DNA of 26,194 nt from a virus: the UHGV virus genome UHGV-0110177. One strand, 5' to 3'. Under the pieces are notes generated by a model. The model saw only the letters and a program-made list of their open reading frames with translations, was not told the DNA's origin and ran no database searches. Numbering within the stretch: position 1 is the stretch's first letter; the number at the start of each line of letters is the position of its first letter. Shown one piece after another: positions 24,730 through 26,194 of the stretch. The translations under genes and the position numbers were made by a program.

Positions 24730-24933
24730 ATGTCCGACATCTACCAAATCACGCTAACCACCCAAACAGGCGAAACCTTCACGGGCAAGATGTCACGACG
24801 TCAGCCTGAGCTGGTTAACGGCTTTGTACCGATAGCGACGGAGACGGGAGAGTGGCTTTATTTTGCTCCTGCTGATGTGAAGCGCGTGCAGTTTACGCCG
24901 CTGGTCGGGAGCGTTGAAGAAAAGGGCGAATGA
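24730..24933 (+). CDS. Hypothetical protein (67 aa)
   Basis: SD AAGAGG upstream. Confidence 0.5.
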   Translation: MSDIYQITLTTQTGETFTGKMSRRQPELVNGFVPIATETGEWLYFAPADVKRVQFTPLVGSVEEKGE

Positions 24934-24945
24934 ACGCCCTGTGTA

Positions 24946-25185
24946 TTAACCGCGGGCTTCTCGGCCTTCTTCATCCTCAGAGACACGGTATCGCCAGTAC
25001 TTATCTGGCTTCACCCAAACGACATTTTTCCCGCTTTCAACTCTAAATTTATTGATTATTTTGGTTGATAGCGCCTGGTTGCCATCTGCATTTTCTTTGA
25101 GGTGCTGCTCGTTATGTTGTTTAACGAGATAATCCACAACATCCTGCTGATATAGACAACCATCCCTCAATAAAGCACCCATCAT
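24946..25185 (-). CDS. Hypothetical protein (79 aa)
   Basis: ORF only; weak SD. Confidence 0.35.
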   Translation of the reverse strand: MMGALLRDGCLYQQDVVDYLVKQHNEQHLKENADGNQALSTKIINKFRVESGKNVVWVKPDKYWRYRVSEDEEGREARG

Positions 25186-25229
25186 CCAGGATGAAACATC
25201 ATCAAGAGTTAAGGTTAGTGCGTTTGGGG

Positions 25230-25412
25230 CTATGGCTTTGGGGTAACGCGCTCAATGGATTCCGGTTTGAAATAGCCTTGCTCAAGTTTTTTACCAGCAA
25301 ACCATTGGCAAAGAAAAGAATGACCTTGAGTAGTTGAAAATGACCTGATGGTCATATCAGGTCCGCCTGATTTCAATTTAACAATGTCCCCTGTTTTGAA
25401 GTCATCGCTCAT
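25230..25412 (-). CDS. Small DUF2158-like protein (60 aa; MSDDFKTGDIVKLKSGGPDMTIRS...)
   Basis: Strong SD AAGGAG 7 nt before ATG 25412; N-terminal motif recalled as YodC/DUF2158-like. Confidence 0.6.
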   Translation of the reverse strand: MSDDFKTGDIVKLKSGGPDMTIRSFSTTQGHSFLCQWFAGKKLEQGYFKPESIERVTPKP

Positions 25413-25438
25413 AACAATCTCCTTATTGGAAGTAAAAA

Positions 25439-25954
25439 ATGGCACTCACCGACAAACAAGAAATGTTCTGTCGCGAGTACCTCATCGATTTAAATGCCAC
25501 GCAAGCGGCTATTCGGGCGGGGTACAGCGCTAAGACAGCTAACCGCACCGCGTCCGAAAACCTGTCAAAACCTGACATCCAGTCCAGAATTGCCGAACTT
25601 AAAGCGCACCGCAATGATCTGGTTGGCATAAATGCGACATACGTCCTGAATCGTCTCGTTGAGATTGACCAGATGGATGTGCTGGACATCCTGACCTCGA
25701 CCGGAGAGTTGAAGCCGGTTTCTCAGTGGACGAAGGTCTGGAGGACAACGCTATCCGGGCTGGATGTCGTCGAGATGTCAGCCGAGGGAAACACAGCTGC
25801 GCTGCTCAAGAAGATAAAGTGGCCTGACAAGGTGAAGAACCTCGAGCTGATTGGTAAGCATATCGACGTCCAGGCATTCCGCGAGCAGGTGAAAACTGAG
25901 CATGTCGTTGAATCAATTTCTGAACTGATGGATTCACTGTCTCAGGGGGCGTAA
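25439..25954 (+). CDS. Terminase small subunit (171 aa)
   Basis: N-terminus MALTDKQEMFCREYLIDLNATQAAIRAGYSAKTA is a classic terminase-small-subunit HTH. Confidence 0.8.
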   Translation: MALTDKQEMFCREYLIDLNATQAAIRAGYSAKTANRTASENLSKPDIQSRIAELKAHRNDLVGINATYVLNRLVEIDQMDVLDILTSTGELKPVSQWTKVWRTTLSGLDVVEMSAEGNTAALLKKIKWPDKVKNLELIGKHIDVQAFREQVKTEHVVESISELMDSLSQGA

Positions 25955-26194
25955 TGAAACCTGAGCACCTCAAGCTGCTGTCTGACAAAGACTGGCGACT
26001 GAACAATCTCTACTGGATCACCGACAAAGAGGGAAAGCCTACGCGCTTCAGGATGACACCGGAGCAGCGTGAATACTTCGAGGGGATCCACACCCGCAAC
26101 ATCATTCTGAAAGCTCGCCAGCTCGGTTTCACAACTGAGGTGTGCATCATCCAGTTGGACGCGGCTCTGTTCGAGTCGGCGAAATGCGCGCTGA
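25955..26194 (+). CDS. Terminase large subunit, N-terminal fragment (runs off window)
   Basis: Immediately follows small subunit; no stop within window. Confidence 0.6.

Larger units (their letters stand above)
1..26194. mobile_element. Lambdoid prophage segment (integration module through start of terminase genes)
   Basis: Canonical gene order int-xis / recE-recT / repressor-cro / O-P / nin-like region with rusA and Q / holin-endolysin-Rz-Rz1 / terminase; host flank not visible in window. Confidence 0.9.

Overview
The window reads as a nearly complete early/regulatory half of a lambdoid (Gifsy-/Rac-like) temperate prophage from an enterobacterial host, running from the integration module to the start of the packaging genes. 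All protein identities are from reading the sequence and recalling known families; no database search or HMM was run. Left to right: (1) integrase and excisionase on the minus strand; (2) a leftward early operon with small unknown genes, a RecT/Bet-family annealing protein and a RecE exonuclease VIII homologue; (3) an immunity region with two homologous operator/promoter units built from 17-bp palindromes, a short HTH repressor that appears to lack a LexA-like cleavage domain, and two AT-rich genes downstream of the repressor; (4) a rightward operon with Cro/YdaS-like, YdaT-like, lambda O-like (with embedded iterons) and lambda P-like genes, then Ea22-like and small genes; (5) an oppositely oriented lipoprotein gene and an AT-rich gene with an R-x4-H motif; (6) a LexA-box-controlled dinI operon, a nin-like region with RusA and a Q-like antiterminator, and a promoter plus terminator after Q; (7) a lysis cassette (pinholin-like holin, SAR endolysin, Rz with embedded Rz1); (8) small post-lysis genes and the terminase small and large (partial) subunits. 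The best candidates for an undescribed accessory or defence function are the AT-rich gene pair in the rexAB-equivalent position (9128-9920), the AT-rich R-x4-H gene with its upstream partner (17759-18639), and the reverse-strand lipoprotein gene with a three-arm inverted repeat (17071-17589). No tRNA, rRNA or CRISPR array was seen.
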